Shown here: positions 11,928 to 22,165 of the stretch, one piece after another | Numbering within the stretch: position 1 is the stretch's first letter | Layout of the letters: each line of letters begins with the position of its first letter | Assembly (NCBI GenBank): GCA_002269645.1 | Contig: NIVC01003328.1 | Coordinates: forward strand, 1-64,000 | Length of the DNA: 64,000 nt | From: Macrostomum lignano | Taxonomy: Eukaryota | Direction of reading: 5' to 3' | Translations under genes and position numbers: made by a program | Notes under the pieces: model-generated | Told to the model about the DNA's origin: nothing | Database searches by the model: none | Seen by the model: the letters and a program-made list of their open reading frames with translations, nothing else

Positions 11928-12856
11928 TGTGGTAGGCCGGTCTACCACTGGGGAGAACGACGGCAGGCCTCTAGCGCGAACACCGGCGGGACATTCCACC
12001 CAGTTCCACGGACGGATTGACGTCATTTTTTTCAATTTTTGTTCCCTGGTTTGTTCCCCCGGTTGTTCCCGCCCTTGCTCCCTCGTCTGTTCCCTTTTCT
12101 GTTCCCTCCCTTGGCCCCTGTTGTTTTAATGTTTCCAGCGGCCGGGTTTTCCTTTTTCCCTTCGTTGTCCCTTCCCTTGTCCCATCCTCCGTCCCACCCC
12201 TGGGATCCTTCCCGCCAAAATGTTATTTATATGAGTTTTCTCTGGAGACCTTTTTTCCTTTAGTTCTTTTGTTCGTTAGTTTTAGTTTTGTGTGTGTTAG
12301 TTTAGTTAGTTTTAGTTTTAATTCTAGTTCTCCTTTTCTGTTTCTGATCGTTTCATCTCGCGTAGCAGTAATAACAATCGGTAACAACAATTAACGTTAT
12401 AATAATAAAAGTTCGCCACATTTAATATTCATTCAGTTGTTCAGAATCGAAGCCTTTAGTTTCTATTGAGTCATTTGCCCGCGGGGCGTAAAATAACCAA
12501 TCAGTCTCATCTCAAAGAAAGCTCTGAGACCCTAAACGTTCCGTAAAACGACATTTACGGTGGTGGCAGCGCTACTTTACTACTGAGAGTAACACAACTA
12601 GCAATCCTCGACGAATTACGAGTTTACGGTGTCTGAGGACCCATTCTGAACGACTCGGGCCGCTACTAGACCGCTCGACTACGATTACGACTACCCTCCC
12701 CCCGGAATTGAGGACCCGGCAGACGGAGTAACCAAGGAGAAGAATCAACGCATCAATTGCACAATTTTCCGGCTTTACGTGCCGACGACAAACCCAAATT
12801 TTATTCTCCCAATTTCAAATTTTTTTCTTTTTATTTTCTTCTCCACCCCCACCTCA
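11928..12856 (+). repeat. 5' LTR (929 bp)
   Basis: TGTGGTAGGCC...CCACCTCA; matches 21114-22044 by eye except for a T-run length (T4 vs T6). Confidence 0.95.
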
Positions 12857-12857
12857 T

Positions 12858-12877
12858 TGGTGCCAGCTAAGTGGGAT
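12858..12877 (+). promoter_or_regulatory. Primer binding site, tRNA-Leu-like
   Basis: TGGTGCCAGCTAAGTGGGAT lies 1 nt after the LTR and resembles the TGGTGTCAGAAGTGGGAT (tRNA-Leu CAA) PBS of many Gypsy elements. The tRNA assignment is from recall. Confidence 0.65.
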
Positions 12878-12923
12878 AACGAAACGCCGAAATCCTTTCA
12901 ACGAGTCGTTCAAAATTTACGTC

Positions 12924-14330
12924 ATGGCTTCGACAACTAACTCAACGGCCGCGGATTCGACAGCCGACACCGCGGGCCCTGACAACTCAACTACTAGGCC
13001 GACCTACGACGAGATGATTCGAGCAGTGACCGAAGAGGTGAGACGGCGACTGGAGCAGGCCAACTTGGGACAGCCGCAGCACCATCACCACGTGTATCAG
13101 CCGCCCCAACAGCCTGACCGAGCTCCGGCGCCGAAACCGGTCAAGATTCAGCGGTACACCCCGAACCAGGACTTTGACGTCTGGATCCAAGCTCTCGAAG
13201 AGCGTTGCGAACTCAACGGGATCGTGGACGACAGACGTAAGAAGGCGGAGGTCCTAGTGAATTTGGACATCGCCACAACCTATCCCGCAGTCGTCAGGAT
13301 GGAACTGCCGGACAATCTGACGTTTGGCGAATTCAAGCAAAGACTGTCCGAGCGCTTCACCCACGTGGCCGACACGCTGGAGTACCGTGAGCAATTCCGG
13401 TGCTGCCAGCAAGGCAAGAATGAGAGTGTGGATGACTACGGCGATCGATTAATTGCTCTGGCCGATAGAGCGTTCCCGCACTTCACCCCGGTTCAGAAGC
13501 AGGCCGAACTTGTGGACCAGTTCACCGTGGGAGTGCGAATTGCCCAGTCAGCCAGAGAACAGCTAATCCTGGTGCGACCGCAGAATCTGACCGCAGCGAG
13601 AAGGGCTGTGCTACGCCTGGAGACAGCAGCTAGCCTGGCTCAGAGGGTAGCACCGCCGCCAGCAGCGAGACATGTCCGGGTTCTCGAGGATGACGATGGT
13701 CAGTCACCAACTGGAGTGCAACACGACAAGTCATCTCGGCCCGAGGAGAATTGGTTGCGTGAAGTGATGGAACAGCAAACTGAGACACTGCAAGAGCAGC
13801 GACGTCTACTAGAAGCTTTGAGCAATGAGCTGCGAGAGTTCCACTCGCTGGGGTCGCGCAATAACGACACCCAGGAGCATTGGGAATCTGCTCGCCACCA
13901 GCCGCAGGACTCTTGGGGCCAACGCAACAGATGTTTGGTGCCCTCGACTCCTCGCCGCAGCGCCGATGAGAGCGCCCAATTCAAGACACCCGGCACACGG
14001 ATTGTGCAGCACGAGCAGTTCCATCGACTTCAGCAACCACGAGACGGCAGCAACCCGCCGCCAAGGACGCCGCCAGCAGGAGGTCAACGTCGACAGCAGC
14101 AGCAGCAGCAGCAGCCGCAGCGGCAGCAACAGTCGGGTTCACGCCCGCCGCCCTATCAGCTGCGGCGACAGAGCGCTATGTGTTACAGGTGCAATCGCGA
14201 GCACCGCGCCGATGAGTGCCCGCACCGGCGGTCGGCCAGCACCGCGCCCCAGCGCAATGGCAGCTCGGGAAACGGGACGGCTGGACGCGCCAACGGGGGC
14301 AGCGCCATCCAGCAGCCGAGCCAGCACTAA
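12924..14330 (+). CDS. gag: Retrotransposon Gag (468 aa) with capsid-like region and CX2CX3HX4C zinc knuckle
   Basis: ATG in good context; IQRYTPNQDFDVWIQALEERC...F..FKQRLSERF...QQGKNESVDDY..RL..LA..AF; knuckle CYRCNREHRADEC. Confidence 0.9.
   Translation: MASTTNSTAADSTADTAGPDNSTTRPTYDEMIRAVTEEVRRRLEQANLGQPQHHHHVYQPPQQPDRAPAPKPVKIQRYTPNQDFDVWIQALEERCELNGIVDDRRKKAEVLVNLDIATTYPAVVRMELPDNLTFGEFKQRLSERFTHVADTLEYREQFRCCQQGKNESVDDYGDRLIALADRAFPHFTPVQKQAELVDQFTVGVRIAQSAREQLILVRPQNLTAARRAVLRLETAASLAQRVAPPPAARHVRVLEDDDGQSPTGVQHDKSSRPEENWLREVMEQQTETLQEQRRLLEALSNELREFHSLGSRNNDTQEHWESARHQPQDSWGQRNRCLVPSTPRRSADESAQFKTPGTRIVQHEQFHRLQQPRDGSNPPPRTPPAGGQRRQQQQQQQPQRQQQSGSRPPPYQLRRQSAMCYRCNREHRADECPHRRSASTAPQRNGSSGNGTAGRANGGSAIQQPSQH
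14267..14313 (+). promoter_or_regulatory. -1 programmed ribosomal frameshift signal (gag-pol)
   Basis: G GGA AAC heptamer at 14267-14273 in the correct gag phase, a 6-nt spacer, then stem GCTGGA (14280-14285) / TCCAGC (14308-14313). Pol lies in the -1 frame. Confidence 0.75.
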
Positions 14331-17300
14331 GGTCCCCGCCGAGGACTTTAGTCGCTCAGCAGGCCACTGCTGAGACCGCCTCCGCTGCACCTGTACATAA
14401 CTCTGCACCCAAGCGACCCCGAAGGGATCCGTTTCTAACTGGTGAGATTCAGGGTCGTTATTTTGCTTTTCTGCTTGACACCGGCTCCAAGTGCGAAGTC
14501 CTAGGATTCAGCACCTGGCACCGACTATGTACCGATGACCCGACCCTGCGTGGCCAAATCGAGCCCTGCCTGCAACGCATTGTGACCTACAATGGAGAGC
14601 CTATTCAAATGGCAGGCCAACTATCAATCAAAGTTAAAATTGGAAGTTTCGAGCCTACAGTCAAGTTCCTGCTAGCGAAGGAATCTCATGACAACATCCT
14701 GGGCTTCGAGTTCCTGGAGAAGTACAGTACATCACTGGATCTCGCCGCCGGGATGCTGTTTTTTAAGGATGGCACTGCCGCACCACTGCGCTATACGCGA
14801 ACCGAAGCTACCACGTGCAGAATCTACACGGCTGAGAGCACAACCGTGCCGCCGTTATCATCAGCCCGAATTAAGATTAAACTAGCCAAAGGACGAGAAG
14901 AAAACCAGGGCACACCCGCTGTGATCGAGCCGCTAAAACCGGCTCGGCGGGAAGAAGATGTGCAGCAACTGGACGCCGCGCCTGCCCTAATATCTATGGC
15001 CAATGGAGAAGGCGCCATTGAGATGATCAATCGAGGCACTACTTCCATCAAAGTGCGAGCGAATGCCCTAGTTGGGATTGCTAGACCAATCAGACTGCCC
15101 GAGTTACAATTCTTTCCGCTGCCGAAGCCAGAAGCTGCAGTCAATCAAGTTCAAGACGAAGATCCAGACGCTTGGATCAAAGAGATCGACATCGGCGAGG
15201 ACTTGTCCAATGACCAGCGCGCTCAAGTCATCGAGCTATTGAAGAAATACAAGACCATCTTCTCGCAGGGGCCACACGATCTCGGCCGAACTCACCTGGT
15301 CACCCACAACATCGTGTTGAAGGACAAGAATCCTGTACATCTGCCGACCCGAAGGATTCCGCCGCATCTGCTGCCCAAGGTGGACCAGCTACTTGACGAT
15401 CTGCTTGCCAAAGGCGTGATTAGACCGAGCTTCTCCAGCTACAACACCCCGCTGGTGATCATCCCGAAGAAGGACGGCAGCCTGAGAATTGTACAAGACT
15501 TCAGGAGTCTGAACCAAAAGTGCGAGTACTTTCCGTACCCGATACCGAACATCCAGGAAGCGTTCGCTAGCCTCGAAGGAAGCCAGCTATTCAGCACGTT
15601 CGACTTGAACAGCGGCTACTACCAGATTCCACTGCGTCCAGAGGATCAAGATCTGACGGCCTTCGCCACGCTGCACCGCGGACAATTCGCCTACAATGTG
15701 ATGCCTATGGGATTAAGTTCGGCGCCAGCCAGCTTCATGCGCCTCATGAACGCTGTGCTCAACGGGATCGCCTACAAAAGTGCAATAGCCTATCTGGATG
15801 ACGTAATCGTCTATTCTAAGAAATTTAATGACCATCTACAGCATATGGAGGAAGTATTTAAGCGAATTCAAGAGGCCAACTTAAAGTTCAAAGGCAGGAA
15901 GTGCCATTTATTTCGGGCAAGCCTAAACTATCTGGGACATGTAGTTACTAAGGACGGCATCAAGACCGATCCGGCGAAGATCGAGGCTATTCAGACCTGG
16001 CCAAGACCAAGAACAGCTCGACAACTTAAAAGTTTTGTCTGCACGTGCGCTTACTATGCAAAATTTGTACCTGGCTATGCAGAACTTGCAGCTCCGCTCC
16101 ACGATATAATCAAAGAGAAGAAAATCCGCAATTTCAATTGTCTATGGGGAAAAGCCCAGCAAGACGCGTTCGACAGCTCAAAGCAGCCATGACTTCGACA
16201 TCAGTGCTCGCGTATCCGCAGTTCAGCGAGGATCCGGAAGTAATGTTTATCCTGGACACGGATGCTTCTGCGACCAGAATCGGAGCCTGCCTGAGCCAAC
16301 GCCAAGCTGACGGGATCGAGCGCCCAATTGGCTATTTCTCCCGGCGACTTAAACCGGCTGAAGCCCGATATCCAATTACTAAGCAAGAACTCTTGGCAGT
16401 CGTAGATGGCATGCGACATTTCCGCTTCTACCTGCTGGCCAAGAAGTTCATTTGTCGAACCGACCATGCAGCGTTGACCTGGATTCTCCGGCGAACTCAA
16501 CAAGTAGGCATCTTTGGACGATGGCTACAGCGGCTAAGTGAATTTGAGTTCGAGATCCAGCATCGCAAATCGAGTCAGCATCAAAACGCCGACGGTCTCT
16601 CGAGACGGCCGGAGGACGACGCCGAATGCTTGGAGGAGGCTCAGCGCGAGGCAGCTGATGAGGACCAAAGTAAGCAGCCAGCCGCGATAACTGGCGCAGC
16701 GGCGCCGAAGGTCCACGACAGCAGCCACCCTAGTCCTCCACCGAGCAAGAAGCCGTCGACCCGCCGTAAGCGACGGAAACCGCCGACTAAGCCGAAGGAG
16801 TCCAACGGCGAGGCTACGCCGCCAGCAACACCTACAGCCGACAGCAAGCCGCTGACAGAGCTGCACCCGCCGGCGACGAAGCCGAGGCCATCTGCCAGCC
16901 GTTACGATGACTCGCAGAGGTCGCCTACCAGTTTTAGTAGCACGACATGTTGCCCGTTAAGGAGCCGCCGACTACTAGCTGGAGACGGCACGGACAGCGA
17001 CCACAGCGCAGCCAGAGAGGACAGCTGCCAACCCGCTCGCTGCCCGAAGTTTGAGAAGAAGGTGAGATTCAGCAGCGACGCGGACAGCTCTGCTGACTCA
17101 TCATCAACTGCTGACCGATCTGAATCCGACAATAGTGACGCCGAAGCTACCGACGAGGATCGACCTTCGGGCACATCAACGACCCGGCAACCGGCCAGAG
17201 TAGCGATCGTGCGGAGGGAGCTCCAGACCCCGAACCATGCCGCCACAGCCGAAGCCGCGCCGACTAATTTGACTAATCGACGTTCAACATTGAATCTAAC

Positions 17301-18854
17301 TGATCACATCCCGAGGCCAGTCACACGTGAGGAGCTCCAGACTCACCAGCGTGCTGACTCTGCCATCGCCATGATGATCAACCTTTTGGAAAGCCGACAG
17401 CCGAAGCCGCCGCTGAATCAGCGTTTGAATATGACACGAGACGAACGAAACTTACTAGCGTTCTACGAGCAGCTCGAAGTCCGAGATGATGGACTACTGG
17501 TAATTCATTTCGACGATCTTGGCGAGGAGGAAACGGCGCGGATCGTCCTGCCGAAGAGCCTCGACGCCACGGTGTTCGCCGACCTCCACGGTTCACCCTA
17601 CTGCGGACACATGGGCCGAGACCTCACCATCGCGAAGGTGCGAGAAAGGTTCTGGCGACCTGCCTGGCCAAGGCAGTGTCCGACTATGTCGCTTCCTGCC
17701 AGACCTGCACTCAGAGCAAAGGACGGCGACGAATTCCGGCGCATGTACAATCGTTTCCGGTCTGTGAAATCTATGGGCGATGTGCGATCGACATCCTGGG
17801 CCCCACTGGAGACCCGACGGACCGAGGAAACAAGTACATCTTGACCTACGTCGACACTACGTCGAAATACCCCTTCGCTTTCGCCATGAAGAATCAGCGG
17901 GCCAAGACCATTATAACGCTCCTGCAGGAACAAGTGTTTCCGATCACCGGAATCCCGGCATGGATTCACTCCGATCAAGGGAAACAGTTCACAGGACACG
18001 AGTTCCGGCACTTCTGCGAAGTTTACGGCATCCGGCAGACCACGACGCCGCCGTATTCGCCATGGGCCAATGGACAAGCTGAGTCGTGCAATAAGAACAT
18101 CAAGAAGGTGCTCACCTGTCTCCTAGAAGACCATCAGCAATGGGACAAGATGTTGCCAGCTGCTTTAACAGCTTTAAGATCAGCAGTCAATCGTACAACC
18201 GGGTTCTCGCCGCATTATGTCATCTACGGAGTGCCCTACCGGTATCCGATCGATAACACCCTAGACCGACTGGATGTATCAGCTGACCTCCCGGAGTACA
18301 TTGCCAAACATCAGCGCAGACTGGCCGAGACAGAACGAATTGTGCGACAGCGACTGAGAACCGAGATCCAGCGCCGAGAGGAGTACTACGAGAACCGGCC
18401 AAAGCCCGTGGAGCTGCAGCCCGGAGACTTGGTCTGCCTGGCCAACCCGAAGCTCGAACTGGGAGAGCTGCCCAAGTTCCACCGGCCGTACAAGAGTATG
18501 TACAAGGTCGTCAGGAAAGTCGGAGAAGTGGCGTATTGGATCAAGCCAGCGACAGCCCGCCGAGGACGCCCAGCTGAAATGCTAGTTCATCGTAACAACA
18601 TCATCAAGGTGCCGCAGATGATGGCAGATCGACCACAGGAGCCGCCGCGCCAGACAGAGCGGCCAATGCTGCCCTATGAGTCGAGCGAAGACAGCGAAGT
18701 CGACCCAGCCGATCAGCCCGCGCCAGAGCAGCCGGCCACAGTTCAGCCTGACCTGCGAGGCAGTCAGCTGTTCGAGCCCAGCTTGCGCCACCCGGAGGTG
18801 CTCGCCGAAGGCGACCCGGACTTGCCTGACATCGGCATGGAGATGGAGCTCTAA
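14270..18854 (+). CDS. pol: Retrotransposon Pol (protease, RT, RNase H, integrase), split in this sequence by two 1-bp deletions (~16174, ~17662)
   Basis: FLLDTGS (protease); YLDDVIVYS (RT); DTDAS...ELLAV...TDH..L...NADGLSR (RNase H); H-X5-H...CQTC zinc finger with IDILGP/SDQGKQF/GQAE (DDE integrase) and a GPY/F-like KFHRPYKSMYKV. ORFs 14216..16192, 16045..17844 and 17676..18854 join after restoring one base at each break. Confidence 0.93.
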
Positions 18855-19017
18855 AAGGTAATTACCAGCGAATTATTATTGCGCCTAATAGCTAAATTAC
18901 CGTTGCGCATTACTACAAGTAGTTAAGTTTGTGAACGCGTTCTGAATTAAATTTCGCTGTAAGCTTTCTCTGCACCTTTTCTGTGCTGAAAGCAACTTTC
19001 AATTTTCCTTCAAATTT

Positions 19018-19425
19018 TGTTCTCCTTATGCTTTCGGGATAAAAGCAACTAACTTTTCTGTCCGTTTCCTTATGCTTGATGGCAAAAGCAGTGTTTCTCA
19101 ATGTACTTTCCTTATGCTTGAGGGTAAAAGCAACTCATTTTCTGTACTTTCCTTATGCTTGAGGGCAAAAGCAATTAATTTTCTGTACTTTCCTTATGCT
19201 TGAGGGCAAAAGCAATTAATTTTCTGTACTTTCCTTATGCTTGAGGGCAAAAGCAATTAATTTTCTGTACTTTCCTTATGCTTGAGGGCAAAAGCAACTA
19301 ATTTTCCAATTTCCTTATGCTTGAGGGATAAAAGCAAATAATTTTCTGTACTTTTCCTTATGCTTGATGGCAAAAGCAGTGTTTCTCAATGTACTTTCCT
19401 TACGCTTTCCGGTCAAAAGCCTTTG
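19018..19425 (+). repeat. About 10 tandem 41-bp units (TTTCCTTATGCTTGAGGGCAAAAGCAATTAATTTTCTGTAC) inside the retrotransposon, between pol and ORF3
   Basis: Directly visible; three identical central units with more diverged outer units. Confidence 0.92.
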
Positions 19426-20314
19426 TACATTGTGCTCATGCTCAATTGGTGCCCATATTTATTCAACGCGACCCGCACTCCTGCGTTCTGATATTTAGCC
19501 TTAGGCTTGATGGAAAAAGCCAGCACCTACGCGACAATTAATTATCCGCATGCGATTCATCAATTTGCTCAATTGCGTGTCATTAACTTTGCGAAGTTTT
19601 ATTTCAGTTGTAACCTTGCAGTCCTTGCTTGTGGCTGAAGGTATCTTTTAATTTTTGCAAGCCAATGTTGCTCTGGTGTCCCAGTCGTTTGCCCCGCTCA
19701 GGTCTAGCCACCCTGGCTCTAGGCCTTGTCCTCAGCGGAGGGCATCTGAGGTGAACGGCCCCCATTTTCTTTGTTCTGACCGAGCCGAGCCTGGGAAAAT
19801 TTGTAAGGGCGCCTGTCCAGCCCCTTCCCAGTGCCTTTTGCCGTTTTGTGTAACTCCTCATGGAGATCCAAATTCTAACTCGGTCACTATGCCTGTATCT
19901 ATCTGCTATTCTAATTTTTAGGAACTATTTATGTTCTTACTATTTTTCTAAACTACTGTTTATGCGATTGTTCAGCCCCCCCTCTCTCTAACCGCCAACC
20001 TGTTTTGTGAGCCGTGTGAGGCGCCCCCATTCATTCATTCTGATTTTGGACCCCTGCCGCGCGGTTATCTATTTTATGACTCCTTGATTCATGCGCCCAC
20101 CCCAACTCTGTGTGCCACCTTAGAGTGCACGGGGGTGATGGCTCAATTCCAGTGGTTGAATTTTATTTCCTCTGGTTGGTTTGGAATTCCACCAGTTGGA
20201 ATATTTTGCGCCCTATTTAAGGAGCCATCTTCAATTTTATTTTCTCCAATTCTGTTGATCCGACCTGCCAACTGAATATTTCGGACTGTCGCATCACGCT
20301 CCGCCGCTTCGAAT

Positions 20315-21061
20315 ATGGCTAACAATTGGTCAAATTACTCCAACGGTTCCCCGGAGGTCGAATCACCGATCAGCCGCGAAATCCGCCTGGCCTTCGAGCA
20401 GCTGGACGAGCGCGGCCAAGTACCGACCCACGGCGGGGCCGCACAAATTGATCAGGCAGCTTTGGAGACCTTCGAGCTCCCCGAGCCTGCCGTGCCCACC
20501 AACAGCCCTGATGTCTGGGTGGACGGCCTCCTGACCCTAGTGGGCGCACAACAGCTCGCGCCGGAGCCGGAACCTGTCCGCATCCTGGAGCCAGACCGGC
20601 AGGTGACTCCGCCTCTCCCGCCTTCAAACTGGACCAGTGGCTCCAGCCAGCCGTCGCCAGTGGGAGCAGCCGCGCCAGGACCGAGGCCCGACCAGGTGCA
20701 GCACCTGGCCGCCCTATTGCTCCGCGAATTAGAAGGCGACCGAGCCGCCCGCCATATGAGCGACTGTCGACACTGGCACGGCTACGCCAACACGTTCGGC
20801 CAACCGACAGTCGCCCGTGCCATCAGCTTAGCGGCCGCGGTGCTCTGCGAACGACACCGGCAAGCGCCGGGCGGCCTGCCGTACGGCGCCTTCTGCGCAT
20901 TGGTCGGCCTATATGTCGACCACGCGGCCACCCTGGGGCAAGGTCTGACCACCGCGCTGCTCCAGCTGAGCCATCAAGCACGAGTCGCGAGCTCGCCGCC
21001 GTCCCTTCCGAACGCCCCTGCTCGCCGAGGCCGGCCGGCGAAGCAGGATCGCCGCCACTGA
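20315..21061 (+). CDS. Third ORF (248 aa) of the LTR element, unknown function, not env-like
   Basis: Intact sense ORF with AATATGG start, GC-rich codons like gag/pol, ending 52 bp before the 3' LTR; no signal peptide, furin site or clear C-terminal TM helix. Confidence 0.75.
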   Translation: MANNWSNYSNGSPEVESPISREIRLAFEQLDERGQVPTHGGAAQIDQAALETFELPEPAVPTNSPDVWVDGLLTLVGAQQLAPEPEPVRILEPDRQVTPPLPPSNWTSGSSQPSPVGAAAPGPRPDQVQHLAALLLRELEGDRAARHMSDCRHWHGYANTFGQPTVARAISLAAAVLCERHRQAPGGLPYGAFCALVGLYVDHAATLGQGLTTALLQLSHQARVASSPPSLPNAPARRGRPAKQDRRH

Positions 21062-21113
21062 GACGTCCGGGAGTTCGTCTGTCTGCTGCCGTTCGCCTTG
21101 GCGCCCCCGCGCC

Positions 21114-22044
21114 TGTGGTAGGCCGGTCTACCACTGGGGAGAACGACGGCAGGCCTCTAGCGCGAACACCGGCGGGACATTCCACCCAGTTCCACGGACG
21201 GATTGACGTCATTTTTTTCAATTTTTGTTCCCTGGTTTGTTCCCCCGGTTGTTCCCGCCCTTGCTCCCTCGTCTGTTCCCTTTTCTGTTCCCTCCCTTGG
21301 CCCCTGTTGTTTTAATGTTTCCAGCGGCCGGGTTTTTTCCTTTTTCCCTTCGTTGTCCCTTCCCTTGTCCCATCCTCCGTCCCACCCCTGGGATCCTTCC
21401 CGCCAAAATGTTATTTATATGAGTTTTCTCTGGAGACCTTTTTTCCTTTAGTTCTTTTGTTCGTTAGTTTTAGTTTTGTGTGTGTTAGTTTAGTTAGTTT
21501 TAGTTTTAATTCTAGTTCTCCTTTTCTGTTTCTGATCGTTTCATCTCGCGTAGCAGTAATAACAATCGGTAACAACAATTAACGTTATAATAATAAAAGT
21601 TCGCCACATTTAATATTCATTCAGTTGTTCAGAATCGAAGCCTTTAGTTTCTATTGAGTCATTTGCCCGCGGGGCGTAAAATAACCAATCAGTCTCATCT
21701 CAAAGAAAGCTCTGAGACCCTAAACGTTCCGTAAAACGACATTTACGGTGGTGGCAGCGCTACTTTACTACTGAGAGTAACACAACTAGCAATCCTCGAC
21801 GAATTACGAGTTTACGGTGTCTGAGGACCCATTCTGAACGACTCGGGCCGCTACTAGACCGCTCGACTACGATTACGACTACCCTCCCCCCGGAATTGAG
21901 GACCCGGCAGACGGAGTAACCAAGGAGAAGAATCAACGCATCAATTGCACAATTTTCCGGCTTTACGTGCCGACGACAAACCCAAATTTTATTCTCCCAA
22001 TTTCAAATTTTTTTCTTTTTATTTTCTTCTCCACCCCCACCTCA
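21114..22044 (+). repeat. 3' LTR (931 bp)
   Basis: Direct repeat of 11928-12856 followed by the CTAC TSD. Confidence 0.95.
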
Positions 22045-22165
22045 CTACCAACGGTCTATATTACCTACCTATATCGAATATCTGAATACCTAAACTCAAT
22101 TTGGATTACGAGATAATTGTTGATAGCGAATATGATGCATATATATTTTTGATACTAATATGTAC

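Larger units (their letters stand above)
11928..22044 (+). mobile_element. Full-length Ty3/Gypsy LTR retrotransposon with an additional third ORF
   Basis: Direct TG...CA LTRs, 4-bp TSD CTAC (11924-11927 and 22045-22048), PBS, gag, and pol in PR-RT-RNaseH-IN order. Confidence 0.97.

Noticed and set aside
11929-12394. Short ORFs in the LTRs (also at 21115-21451)
   Set aside because: Low-complexity pyrimidine-rich U3 sequence; frames change with the T-run length difference between the LTRs.
13825-14373. 182-aa ORF overlapping gag
   Set aside because: Alternative frame of GC-rich gag with no recognisable motif.
18560-18854. Chromodomain at the integrase C-terminus
   Set aside because: The tail is a P/E/D-rich disordered segment without the aromatic-cage pattern.
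19018-19425. CRISPR array interpretation of the 41-bp repeats
   Set aside because: Linkers are short, related or identical rather than unique spacers; no cas genes; eukaryotic retrotransposon context.
20315-21061. env gene call for ORF3
   Set aside because: No signal peptide, furin cleavage site or C-terminal TM anchor, and it is short for Env.
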